Position numbers and translations under genes: made by a program. This document shows positions 1 through 7,579 of a stretch of 32,000 nucleotides of DNA, piece by piece. Within the stretch, counting starts at the first letter, position 1; the number at the start of each line of letters is the position of its first letter. Source of the DNA: Pyrolobus fumarii 1A (GTDB taxonomy: Archaea > Thermoproteota > Thermoprotei_A > Sulfolobales > Pyrodictiaceae); NCBI RefSeq assembly GCF_000223395.1, contig NC_015931.1:900001-932000 (forward strand). The letters run 5' to 3'. A model generated the notes under the pieces. That model saw only the letters and a list, made by a program, of their open reading frames with translations, was not told the DNA's origin and did not search any database.

Positions 1-22
1 AGCGCAGAATCCAGATGACCTT

Positions 23-925
23 TTGGACACTGTAGAGCACTTTGTAGAGACTATTGATGAGCAGCGGGAAGAGGGAGATGTAAACGGGGTGAGGCTATAC
101 AACCATGTTGTAATTGCACAACCGCGTGAACCCATAGTCGTAATAGGGGATGTGCACGGCGATGCCGAGACACTCGAGGAGATACTGAGGGACCCAGACA
201 CACAGCATGCCCTCGAGACGGGTTACGTGGTGTTCCTAGGCGACTATGTTGACCGCGGCCCTCACCAGCTGGAGACGATACTCGCCCCAATGCTGATGTA
301 CGTGGAGAACCCCGATCATGTCATAATGCTAAGGGGTAATCACGAACCGCTACCAGAGCTTATACCCTATCCACACGACTTTCCGTTCCACCTCAAGATT
401 AGGTTCCCAGAGGCAGAGTATAGCGGGTTTGCGGAGAAACTATACCAGACGTTCCTTGAAGAGGTGTTCCCACGACTACCGGACGCGGCTATAATCGAGG
501 GACGGGTCTTCCTGGTTCACGGGGGACCGCCCGTAACACTACTAGAGGCTGGCAGCTGGATTGAAGGTCTTGCTGCCGATAGGTACCCAGCACCGCTCGA
601 GATACTCGAAGAGTTATTGTGGAACGATCCCTGTGATTGTGAAGCTGACTATATGCCTAACCCGAGGGGTGCAGGGAAACTATGGGGGCCGAGAGTCACA
701 GAGAGAACGCTGGAGCTGACAAGTACCAAGCTCATAGTAAGGGGACATGAGGCTGTAGACGAGGGTTACAAGTTTGATCATAACAACAAGGTGCTAACGC
801 TGTTCTCCAGGCTAGGTGAGCCCTATGGAAACCAGCGGGCAGCTTACCTCGTGCTCCGCTTCATGGAGAGATGGTACGAACGCGAGAATCTCGAAAAGAT
901 GCTAAAAATCATCGAAATGGAGTGA
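23..925 (+). CDS. PPP-family Ser/Thr protein phosphatase (metallophosphoesterase)
   Basis: The translation carries the three PPP motifs GDVHGD, GDYVDRG and RGNHE in the canonical order and spacing. The frame is open back to base 2, so the TTG at 23 may not be the true start and the gene may be 5'-truncated by the window. The 3' end overlaps the convergent ThiI-like gene by 24 nt. Confidence 0.8.
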   Translation: MDTVEHFVETIDEQREEGDVNGVRLYNHVVIAQPREPIVVIGDVHGDAETLEEILRDPDTQHALETGYVVFLGDYVDRGPHQLETILAPMLMYVENPDHVIMLRGNHEPLPELIPYPHDFPFHLKIRFPEAEYSGFAEKLYQTFLEEVFPRLPDAAIIEGRVFLVHGGPPVTLLEAGSWIEGLAADRYPAPLEILEELLWNDPCDCEADYMPNPRGAGKLWGPRVTERTLELTSTKLIVRGHEAVDEGYKFDHNNKVLTLFSRLGEPYGNQRAAYLVLRFMERWYERENLEKMLKIIEME

Positions 926-1813
926 AGAAGTGAGCATCTTCACGGCTTTAGACACTATCTGCTCCGGTGCACCTACAAGAGGCGATACACTCCACACGCG
1001 TTCACTATCCACATCAACGCTGATGACATGCGGGTAAACAAGCAAGGCCGCGCCTCGTGCAGCAAGCTTAGCAGCTAGGCGCCAAGGATCCTCGCTCTCC
1101 TCCACTATGGCGTCCCCGCATGGTACCCACGCGTTAACGAAACGCTTGACAACGTCTCTCGCCCTCTCCCCGGAGACCACAAAATATAGACGCGCACCTC
1201 TTCTCGCTACAAGCCAGGCCGCTAGAAGCTCATCTAGGCTCCCTTCTAGCACAGGAATCACAGCCGTACCCTCGACACCGTAGGGCAGGCCACCAGGCCC
1301 CTCTACCAGCCACGAGTCGAGATACGCGTAGGCCCTCTTGGCGCGTATCTCGAGCCTCACAATCACATCTGGCTTCTCGAGGTCTACTCTAAGACTCGGT
1401 ATAGCCTCTAGTATACGCGCACCGAGAAGCCTCTCAACATCTCTACTCTTCACCGGGTAACTTTCGACGCGTCTAGCCCTCACAGCGAAAGTAGAGGCTT
1501 TGACAAGCTCATCTCGAAATAGGCGGGGTATCATCTCGAGAATAGTGTTGAGGTCGTTTGGGATGGACCACGCGGGGGCCGCGCTGTGGACGCCGAAAGA
1601 CCTAGCAGCTAGCTTAGCAGCTTCAAATGCCTCCTCAAGCTCCTCAACATCTATGATTATCCTGCCGGGTGTGATGCGAATCGGTCGTATCAATCCGGCA
1701 TAAGCGAGCCAGCAACGTATACTCCTAGCCAGGCTCTCCTCGAAGAATTGCCTCGTGCGTCCAAGCTTAACCCCGATCTCCGCGTAGCGCACGAGAACTA
1801 CCGGCCTATGCAT
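902..1813 (-). CDS. ThiI-like THUMP-domain protein with degenerate PP-loop
   Basis: The N-terminus MHRPVVLVRYAEIGVKLGRTRQFF is ThiI-like, followed by a THUMP-like middle region. The segment GLPYGVEGTAVIPVLEGSLDELLAAWLVARRG aligns to the ThiI consensus G.P.G..GK...LLSGGIDSPVAA....RG. I prefer the ATG at 1813 over the ORF-track start at 1837. That ATG overlaps the upstream gene's TAG by 8 nt (ATGCATAG). Confidence 0.7.
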   Translation of the reverse strand: MHRPVVLVRYAEIGVKLGRTRQFFEESLARSIRCWLAYAGLIRPIRITPGRIIIDVEELEEAFEAAKLAARSFGVHSAAPAWSIPNDLNTILEMIPRLFRDELVKASTFAVRARRVESYPVKSRDVERLLGARILEAIPSLRVDLEKPDVIVRLEIRAKRAYAYLDSWLVEGPGGLPYGVEGTAVIPVLEGSLDELLAAWLVARRGARLYFVVSGERARDVVKRFVNAWVPCGDAIVEESEDPWRLAAKLAARGAALLVYPHVISVDVDSERVWSVSPLVGAPEQIVSKAVKMLTSSLHFDDF

Positions 1814-2189
1814 TTTGGTTACTCCTACCCTCTCCACTCCTAGCCTTACGCGTAAGTTCCAATCTCAGCTCCCTACACAGCATGCACGCATAGATAGTTA
1901 CCTCCTCGGGGCTTGCACCACTAAGCAGTCTTCCAGCTATCTCCTCGACGATCCTCCTATACTTCTCGTTGTTGAGTATAATGTCGACTAGTTCTGCTCC
2001 TCTCCTCTTGAACAGGTAGTTAGAGATGGCGGCAGGTGTTAACCCTAACAGCTTTGCCGTGCGGTATGTCGTGAAGCCATACTCCTTTACGAGCAGTATC
2101 GCGGTGGCGGCTCTAAGCGCGGGTAGGACCTTCCTGGTAGCCGCCTCGCAGGGCATAAGCAGAGTAGTCTCGTTCTCGTGGTCAAACAC
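1806..2189 (-). CDS. Small helix-turn-helix transcriptional regulator with C-terminal CxxC
   Basis: The HTH-like core is YGFTTYRTAKLLGLTPAAISNYLFKRRG, preceded by MPCE and followed by YACMLCRE (CxxC). It resembles the small archaeal HTH family that carries an N-terminal PCE motif. The start is GTG at 2189, with an alternative ATG at 2156. It is divergent from the PDO gene and translationally coupled to the ThiI-like gene. Confidence 0.65.
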   Translation of the reverse strand: MFDHENETTLLMPCEAATRKVLPALRAATAILLVKEYGFTTYRTAKLLGLTPAAISNYLFKRRGAELVDIILNNEKYRRIVEEIAGRLLSGASPEEVTIYACMLCRELRLELTRKARSGEGRSNQNA

Positions 2190-2331
2190 GTGTTATCCAC
2201 CCTTTTCTCTAACACTTGATAGCTTTTATAAACATAACATTGTTGAGATACGTTGTTGTTTAACTCGCGGATAGCCGGGTGGGGGTTGCCCAGCGTCGCG
2301 TAGAATAACAACCCCCTTAGAGACAAGTGTT
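2185..2331. promoter_or_regulatory. Divergent promoter region with three copies of AACAC(G/T)TG
   Basis: The 10-bp perfect palindrome AACACGTGTT (2185-2194) spans the regulator's GTG start. AACACTTG lies at 2211-2218, next to the shared TATA. Its exact reverse complement CAAGTGTT lies at 2324-2331, about 22 nt upstream of the PDO start. Confidence 0.4.
2224..2232. promoter_or_regulatory. TATA box (TTTTATAAA), probably serving the minus-strand regulator gene
   Basis: This near-palindromic A/T octamer sits 35-43 nt upstream of the GTG at 2189 in an otherwise GC-rich spacer. Confidence 0.5.
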
Positions 2332-2352
2332 TCTCAATCTGGTTGAGAGGAG

Positions 2353-3078
2353 TTGAAGCCAGTTGAGGTAAAGTTTACCAGCGAAGATAGAGAAGCCTTA
2401 CGAGAAGCTCTATCCGACATGGAAAATCCGGTTGACATACACGTTTTCATAGGCCCAGACTGCGAATACTGCAATGAAGCTGTGGAGCTCGTCAAGATTC
2501 TGGTGGAGGAGTCGCCGGAGAAAAACGGCCAGAAACTGCTCCGAATGCATGTGTGGGAAAAAGGGAAACACGACAATGTGTTCAAGGAGCATGGGGTTGA
2601 ACGTATACCCTCAATCACGCTGCTGGACGGCGTGATAAGGTATACAGGTGTACCGGCAGGTGAGGAGGTTAGAGGGCTAGTAGAGACCATAATCCGTATA
2701 TCGACTAATGATAGCGGCCTTGATAGTAGCACCGTGGAGAGAATAAAGAGGATAAACAAGCCGGTTCACATAGAGGTTGTCGTTACGCCACAGTGTCCCT
2801 ACTGTCCCTATGCCGCGCTACTGGCAAACATGTTCGCGTTCGAAGCCTGGAAGGCTGGCCGAAGAGACTTCATAGCTGATACTGTTGAGGCTTACGAGAA
2901 CCCGGATATAGCAGAGAAGTATGGCGTGACGACTGTACCAGCCATAGCCATTAACGGTGTGTTAGCGTTTGTCGGCGTTCCCTACGAGGAGGACTTCATA
3001 GATAGGATTGAAAGGATTGTACTGCGCCGTGAAAAGGTGGATACAGAGGTAATCGGAGAAAGCGCAACAGGGCTCTAG
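2353..3078 (+). CDS. pdo: Protein disulfide oxidoreductase (glutaredoxin-like, two thioredoxin folds)
   Basis: There are two CxxC sites (CEYC and CPYC) about 110 residues apart. The overall layout matches the Pyrococcus-type PDO (CQYC / CPYC). The start is TTG, directly preceded by GAGAGGAG. Confidence 0.8.
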   Translation: MKPVEVKFTSEDREALREALSDMENPVDIHVFIGPDCEYCNEAVELVKILVEESPEKNGQKLLRMHVWEKGKHDNVFKEHGVERIPSITLLDGVIRYTGVPAGEEVRGLVETIIRISTNDSGLDSSTVERIKRINKPVHIEVVVTPQCPYCPYAALLANMFAFEAWKAGRRDFIADTVEAYENPDIAEKYGVTTVPAIAINGVLAFVGVPYEEDFIDRIERIVLRREKVDTEVIGESATGL

Positions 3079-3085
3079 ACGAGGC

Positions 3086-3134
3086 TCAGACAAATGCCTT
3101 TACATCACCGTTCAGCGCCGGAAGTACACATCAC
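3086..3134 (-). ncRNA. Box C/D sRNA, double guide
   Basis: The minus strand reads GUGAUGU(C)-GUACUUCCGGCG(12 nt)-CUGA(D')-ACG-GUGAUGU(C')-AAAGGCAUUUGU(12 nt)-CUGA(D). The flanks GGC...GCC give a short terminal stem with the 3-nt bulge plus GA/GA geometry of a k-turn. It lies 5 nt downstream of the gatE stop on the same strand and is too small for the ORF track. Confidence 0.8.
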
Positions 3135-3139
3135 AGCCG

Positions 3140-5089
3140 CTACTGGCTACCTAGAACCTCGCGTATCTTCTTTTTCACGATCTCTGCTACTACCCTCCCA
3201 TCGGCACGCCCACGAAGTCGCGCCATCACCCTGCCCATTATCTTGCCGAATACCCTCTCGCCACGCTCCAGTATCTCGCTCCTAAGCTGCTCTACAACCT
3301 CGTCCACAACGCGCTGCACCTCCTCTAGGCTTGCCGCGCCCAGACCAAGCTTCTCGATGGCCTCCTTCACTGTAGAGCCCGGGTGTTCAGCCAGATACTT
3401 CAGCACGTCCGGTATCGCCTCCTTAGCTATCTTGCCCTGGGCCACAAGCCCGAACACTTCGTCAAGATGCTCGTCACTTATGTTGTCTACCGGCACGCCC
3501 TCATGCCGTAGATTCTTCAACGTTGAGACAAGCGTGTATGCTATGAGCGTTGCTGGCACCTTACCCTTATACTTCTCTACAAGCCTCTCAAACACGTCAA
3601 GATGTATATCGCGTATCACCTGCTTAGCTAGCTCCTCGCTAAGGCCATACTCGCGTACAAACCTTTCCAGCTTCTTAGCGGGCGGCTCCGGGACTAGCTT
3701 CTCAGCTTCACGTAGTATCTCCTCCGTTACCTCCATCGGGGGTATGTCGGTCTCTGGGTACATCCGCGCCGCGCCCGGCTGAGGCCTCATATACCTCGTG
3801 GTTCCGTCGTCTAGTGCCGCCCTAGTCTCTCTAGGCACGCCCACCAAGGCTTGCTTTGCTCTCTCGATGACAGCCTCAAGCGCCTTCCTAGCCTTTTTCT
3901 CCTCATCAGCAACTATAACAATTGCATCGTAGCCCTTGCGTGCGCCAGTAACCTCATAGAGCTTCTCTACCTCCTCGCTAGTAATGCCGTAGGCGGGTAG
4001 CTCGTCAGTGTGGAAGATGCCGCCAACACCACCCCAGAACCTAGCATAGTCTGCCAGCTCTGTGCCGAACCTCCGCCCCGGTTGAACCTCGACGCCTAGG
4101 ATACCGTGGAAGCCCGGGAGTTTGACAGCGAGTACCCTACCTCCTCTAGACAGGGCACGTTTAATCACCTTGCTCTTGGTGTTTCTGAACACGTCTGTCA
4201 CGTCAATGATCTCTATGTTATCCAGGTCCTCTGGTTTCAGCCCTCTAGCTTTCAACTCGTCGCGTATCTGTAGAAGCCGGTACTGCCTGAGAGCTTCATA
4301 GGCGACAACTTTCGCTATGAGATCGAGCCTCTGCACACCCTTAATCTCGACCTTTGCGCCACCCTCTATCGAGATGTTCAAATCCTGCCTAATCGTACCA
4401 ATACCTCTTCTAACTCTGCCAGTCAAACGGAACAACTGGCCAATGACGTATGCTGCTTCCTGCGCCTCCTCTGGAGTGTTGAGATCCGGGGCTGTTGAAA
4501 CCTCTATCAGTGGTATTCCGAGCCTATCAAGCCTATACTTTGTCTTCACACCTTCCTCGCCGAGCTTTCTAGCCGCGTCCTCCTCGAGGCAGATAGTTTG
4601 GATGCCGACTCTCTTACCATTTGATAGTGTTATGTGGCCGCCTAGAGCAATGACCGCTGTTCTCTGGAAGCCAGTTGTGTTAGAACCGTCAATAACAATC
4701 TTCCTCATAACGTGTACCTCATCAACGGGTTTTGCTCCAAGTGCCAGGGCGATAGCGAGGGCTATCTTCAGAGCCTCCTCGTTAAGCGGGTGGGGAGGCT
4801 CCTCGTCAGCCTCTACGAGACAGCTGGCGGTGCGCGGAGCGTGATACTCGTACACTCTACCCTTCCTCCACTCGAACAACGCTGCTATGTCGACCTCGCC
4901 AAGCTCGCTTCGGGTCGGGCGAAGCCTACGTGGAAAGACATCCTCAGCGTCCTCTTCAACCAGCTCGGCGGGGCACTTGCAGAATAGTTTGTGCTGTGTG
5001 GCGAGCTGCTGGTGAATCTCTAGTCCCACCTTCAAACCGAGTTTCGAGAAATCAAGCTCTTCGAGTCTAGCTTTGGGGTCCAGAGGCAT
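3140..5089 (-). CDS. gatE: Glu-tRNA(Gln) amidotransferase subunit E
   Basis: This 649-aa protein begins [13 protein letters not shown]...KLFCKCP, which is typical of the GatE/GatB family. Its length is archaeal GatE-like and it sits immediately downstream of gatD. Confidence 0.9.
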   Translation of the reverse strand: MPLDPKARLEELDFSKLGLKVGLEIHQQLATQHKLFCKCPAELVEEDAEDVFPRRLRPTRSELGEVDIAALFEWRKGRVYEYHAPRTASCLVEADEEPPHPLNEEALKIALAIALALGAKPVDEVHVMRKIVIDGSNTTGFQRTAVIALGGHITLSNGKRVGIQTICLEEDAARKLGEEGVKTKYRLDRLGIPLIEVSTAPDLNTPEEAQEAAYVIGQLFRLTGRVRRGIGTIRQDLNISIEGGAKVEIKGVQRLDLIAKVVAYEALRQYRLLQIRDELKARGLKPEDLDNIEIIDVTDVFRNTKSKVIKRALSRGGRVLAVKLPGFHGILGVEVQPGRRFGTELADYARFWGGVGGIFHTDELPAYGITSEEVEKLYEVTGARKGYDAIVIVADEEKKARKALEAVIERAKQALVGVPRETRAALDDGTTRYMRPQPGAARMYPETDIPPMEVTEEILREAEKLVPEPPAKKLERFVREYGLSEELAKQVIRDIHLDVFERLVEKYKGKVPATLIAYTLVSTLKNLRHEGVPVDNISDEHLDEVFGLVAQGKIAKEAIPDVLKYLAEHPGSTVKEAIEKLGLGAASLEEVQRVVDEVVEQLRSEILERGERVFGKIMGRVMARLRGRADGRVVAEIVKKKIREVLGSQ

Positions 5090-5200
5090 AACTGATGCAC
5101 CCTACCTGCTCTCCACGCCCGAGGCGCACCTAATCCAGCATAAACACTAACCTATGCACACAAACAACTCAACGATAAACTGTTGCGTGGTGACCGCATG

Positions 5201-6574
5201 TTAGGGCTCATGGGGCCACTTGGGGTATAGGTTGACGGTGTGCCGTGGGTTTATCTCGCCAGCGAGATTCTCGAGCATCAACCTCTTCGCCTCCTCTGGG
5301 TCCCTAGCTCTCTTCAACACCCACGAGAGCTTGACGAAGGCGACTTCGGGTAGCATGTCGGAGCCGGGTATGACGCCAGCAGCTAGCAGCTTACGGCCCG
5401 AAGCGTACACGTTCATGTTGACGCGGCCAAAGAGACACTGGCTTGTCATCACTACAACAACGCCAGCATCAACAGCCTTCTTTATGCTATCAACGAGCCA
5501 CTCGCCTACATGTCCCAACCCGGTACCCTCTAGAACTATGCCACGATACCCTTGCTCAACCAAGAACTCGATAATCTCGGGCTTCATGCCGGGATAGTAC
5601 TTGATGAGCGCAACTCTATCATCGAAACCGTTCTCCACTACAAGCTTCTCGCGTCCCCTCTCCCTATACTCTTTCACAAGGAGCTCTATCCTACCCTCCT
5701 GTGGCCATATCTTTGCAAGTGGTAGAGCATTTATCGACTGGAATGCGTCCCTCCGGCTAGTGTGCATCTTTCTAACCTTAGTGCCCCTATGGGCTAGGGC
5801 GTATGTATCACCAGTCTCACCGTGCATGACTACCACTACCTCTGCAAATGGTGCCTTAGCGGCTGTGAGCACAGCAGCATGTAGGTTGAATGCTGCGTCG
5901 CTGCTGGGCCTATCGCTACTCCTCTGTGCGCCAACTAGGGCGACTGGTACTGGGAGACCACGATGGAATGCAAAGGAGAGGGCTGCAGCCGTATAGCTCA
6001 TAGTGTCGGTGCCATGTGCTACCACGATACCATCATAACCCTCCTGGATCAACTTGGCAACCTCGTCGACAATGCGCTCCCAGTGTGACGGGGTCATGTT
6101 CTCGCTAAGAATGCTGAACAATACACCAGCGTCAATATCAGCTATGAAGCCTATCTCGGGTACAGCTTCTAAGAGCTCTTCTGCGCTCATAGCTGGTTTT
6201 ACAGCACCAGTCTCGTACTCAACCTTGCTGGCTATCGTCCCGCCGGTGCCAAGTATGTAAACACGTGGTTTGGGTCCAGCGGGTGGAGACTCCTCCAACA
6301 ATGGAACAGTCACGACAGCACCTACTTTTGCACGCCGCTTCTCAACAACCTCTATACGTGTACCGCGCTCAACACGTACACCGATGTTATAGCCATTATC
6401 GAGCTTGACAACAATAATGGGCTTCTGGGCTAGAGCGTAACGCGGCATAAGAATGCCCTCATAGACTGTGCCGTCGGGCTTTGTGATGCGAATACGGTCG
6501 CCTACCTCTGCACCCGCCTCTTTAAGCAGGCGTGCAGCCTCGCCAGTATACCCCCACAGCTCGTCTCCAGGCAT
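5201..6574 (-). CDS. gatD: Glu-tRNA(Gln) amidotransferase subunit D
   Basis: The asparaginase-type motifs GTGGTIAS and HGTDTM are present, with an N-terminal GatD-specific domain (DNGYNIGV). I prefer the ATG at 6574 (MPGDELWGYTGEAARLL) by comparison with GatD N-termini recalled from memory. The ORF-track TTG at 6610 is the alternative. Confidence 0.9.
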   Translation of the reverse strand: MPGDELWGYTGEAARLLKEAGAEVGDRIRITKPDGTVYEGILMPRYALAQKPIIVVKLDNGYNIGVRVERGTRIEVVEKRRAKVGAVVTVPLLEESPPAGPKPRVYILGTGGTIASKVEYETGAVKPAMSAEELLEAVPEIGFIADIDAGVLFSILSENMTPSHWERIVDEVAKLIQEGYDGIVVAHGTDTMSYTAAALSFAFHRGLPVPVALVGAQRSSDRPSSDAAFNLHAAVLTAAKAPFAEVVVVMHGETGDTYALAHRGTKVRKMHTSRRDAFQSINALPLAKIWPQEGRIELLVKEYRERGREKLVVENGFDDRVALIKYYPGMKPEIIEFLVEQGYRGIVLEGTGLGHVGEWLVDSIKKAVDAGVVVVMTSQCLFGRVNMNVYASGRKLLAAGVIPGSDMLPEVAFVKLSWVLKRARDPEEAKRLMLENLAGEINPRHTVNLYPKWPHEP

Positions 6575-6786
6575 CACCAGCCCCTCAAAACCAGCAAGAA
6601 TAGTCGCCAATAATATCCCTGCAGGGGGTGCCAGAGCACCACTAGATTCACAAGAGGTGTTAAAACTCCTAGGAGCCGCGGGGCGGCACGCACACAGGTA
6701 GAATAAGGCTAGGTAGTAAGCACTGTAGCTGGTTAGGTGAGGCGGCTAACCCGGGCCGGTGTGTAAGAAAACAACCCATTGGTGTC

Positions 6787-6945
6787 TTAGGCTACAGCAG
6801 CTTGCTCCTGTAGCCTCCTTAGATACCTGGCATACTCCTTACGGTTGCGCACGCGCGGGCACGGGTTCTTTCTAGGCTTGGGTGGTATCTTGGGCGTCTG
6901 CTTCCTAACCTTACCAGCCTTGGTTATCGAACCGTGCGTTGGCAT
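6787..6945 (-). CDS. rps30e: Ribosomal protein eS30 (S30e)
   Basis: My own translation gives a 52-aa ORF, below the ORF-track cutoff: [52 protein letters not shown]. The HGS.TKAGKVR.QTPK core is characteristic of eS30. A TATA-like CTTATAAG lies at 6982-6989. Confidence 0.8.
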   Translation of the reverse strand: MPTHGSITKAGKVRKQTPKIPPKPRKNPCPRVRNRKEYARYLRRLQEQAAVA

Positions 6946-6982
6946 GCAGACCTACCCGAGAGGGGGCTCTGTACGTGCTCTC

Positions 6983-7204
6983 TTATAAGCTGAGGGGCTG
7001 GCGTGTGTACAATGTAGTGAAGAGCCGGGCAAGCTTGCAAAGTAGTAGCGCGAGCTGAGGATCTGCTTCAAGTGCATGCGCGACAATAACTTGTACGGGT
7101 AGATCACGCCATGCAAACCATGATACGAGAATTGGTATCAGTTGCTCTTTCCTGCACTCCCGTGGCATTATCGCGAGGAGTGTACTCGGTAGGTCGGGAC
7201 CCAT
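6983..7204 (-). CDS. Hypothetical 73-aa ORF (weak)
   Basis: This is the only ORF in a 302-nt gap between alba and rps30e. It has no recognisable motif, and its 3' end overlaps the putative rps30e TATA box. It may not be real. Confidence 0.2.
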   Translation of the reverse strand: MGPDLPSTLLAIMPRECRKEQLIPILVSWFAWRDLPVQVIVAHALEADPQLALLLCKLARLFTTLYTRQPLSL

Positions 7205-7247
7205 TGCTAAAAAAGATGGCAGGGATTTCTCAGGCTTTACTAGCTCT

Positions 7248-7541
7248 TTAGTCCTTCCTCTCTAGGACGATCTCGATGGTGGAGACGCGGGTGCGGCGGC
7301 CGTCGGGGTTCTGGATCTCCTGGCTGTCGATCTGGATGCTCTTGATGTCGACCTTGCCGGGTAGGAACCTCTTCCTCACGATCTCGACAGTGTCGACAGC
7401 CTTGCTGATGGCGCGGCCCCTAGCCTTGATGACGACCTCCTTGACACCCTGGTTTAGTAGGGTTAGGGTCGCTAGTACATAGTTCATGACAGGCTTCTTA
7501 CCGACTAGTACCACATTGCTCTGGGCGGGCTGCGCGGCCAT
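7248..7541 (-). CDS. albA: Alba (Sso10b-type) DNA/RNA-binding chromatin protein
   Basis: [51 protein letters not shown] is the canonical Alba core. A GAGGTG Shine-Dalgarno sequence lies 7 nt upstream of the ATG. Confidence 0.9.
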   Translation of the reverse strand: MAAQPAQSNVVLVGKKPVMNYVLATLTLLNQGVKEVVIKARGRAISKAVDTVEIVRKRFLPGKVDIKSIQIDSQEIQNPDGRRTRVSTIEIVLERKD

Positions 7542-7579
7542 CTCACGCCACCTCGCGTTCTTCGGTTGCAGCGAGCCAG

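Noticed and set aside
2087-2326. 79-aa minus-strand ORF, plus the 82-aa plus-strand ORF 2026-2274 and the 141-aa minus-strand ORF 2334-2759, around the divergent promoter.
   Set aside because: They run through the TATA box and spacer, or lie antisense to well-supported genes. Their composition is low-complexity, and the flanking HTH and PDO genes explain the region better.
2190-2352. SurR-type binding motif GTTn3AAC in the regulator/PDO spacer.
   Set aside because: The closest match, GTTGTTTAAC, has a 4-nt spacer. The regulator is not an ArsR-type SurR homolog by eye. I kept only the analogy of gene arrangement and reported the AACAC(G/T)TG repeats instead.
3243-5089. Long antisense shadow ORFs inside conserved genes. 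Examples are 3243-3782 and 4317-4844 in gatE, 5220-5996 in gatD, 8361-8780 in nnr, 16201-16596 in lhr, 20667-21098 in radA, 21799-22173 in acs, 24037-25188 in thrS, 25962-26360 in glmS and 28567-28977 in alaS.
   Set aside because: All are fully contained in, and antisense or out of frame to, genes with unambiguous conserved motifs. Their translations are Ser/Ala/Arg/Pro-rich, as expected for shadow frames in GC-rich coding DNA.
6611-6786. H/ACA sRNA in the gatD-rps30e spacer (imperfect stem GCACACAGG/CCGGTGTGT with ACA triplets nearby).
   Set aside because: The ACA is 8 nt from the stem rather than adjacent. There is no convincing upper stem, pocket or k-turn.
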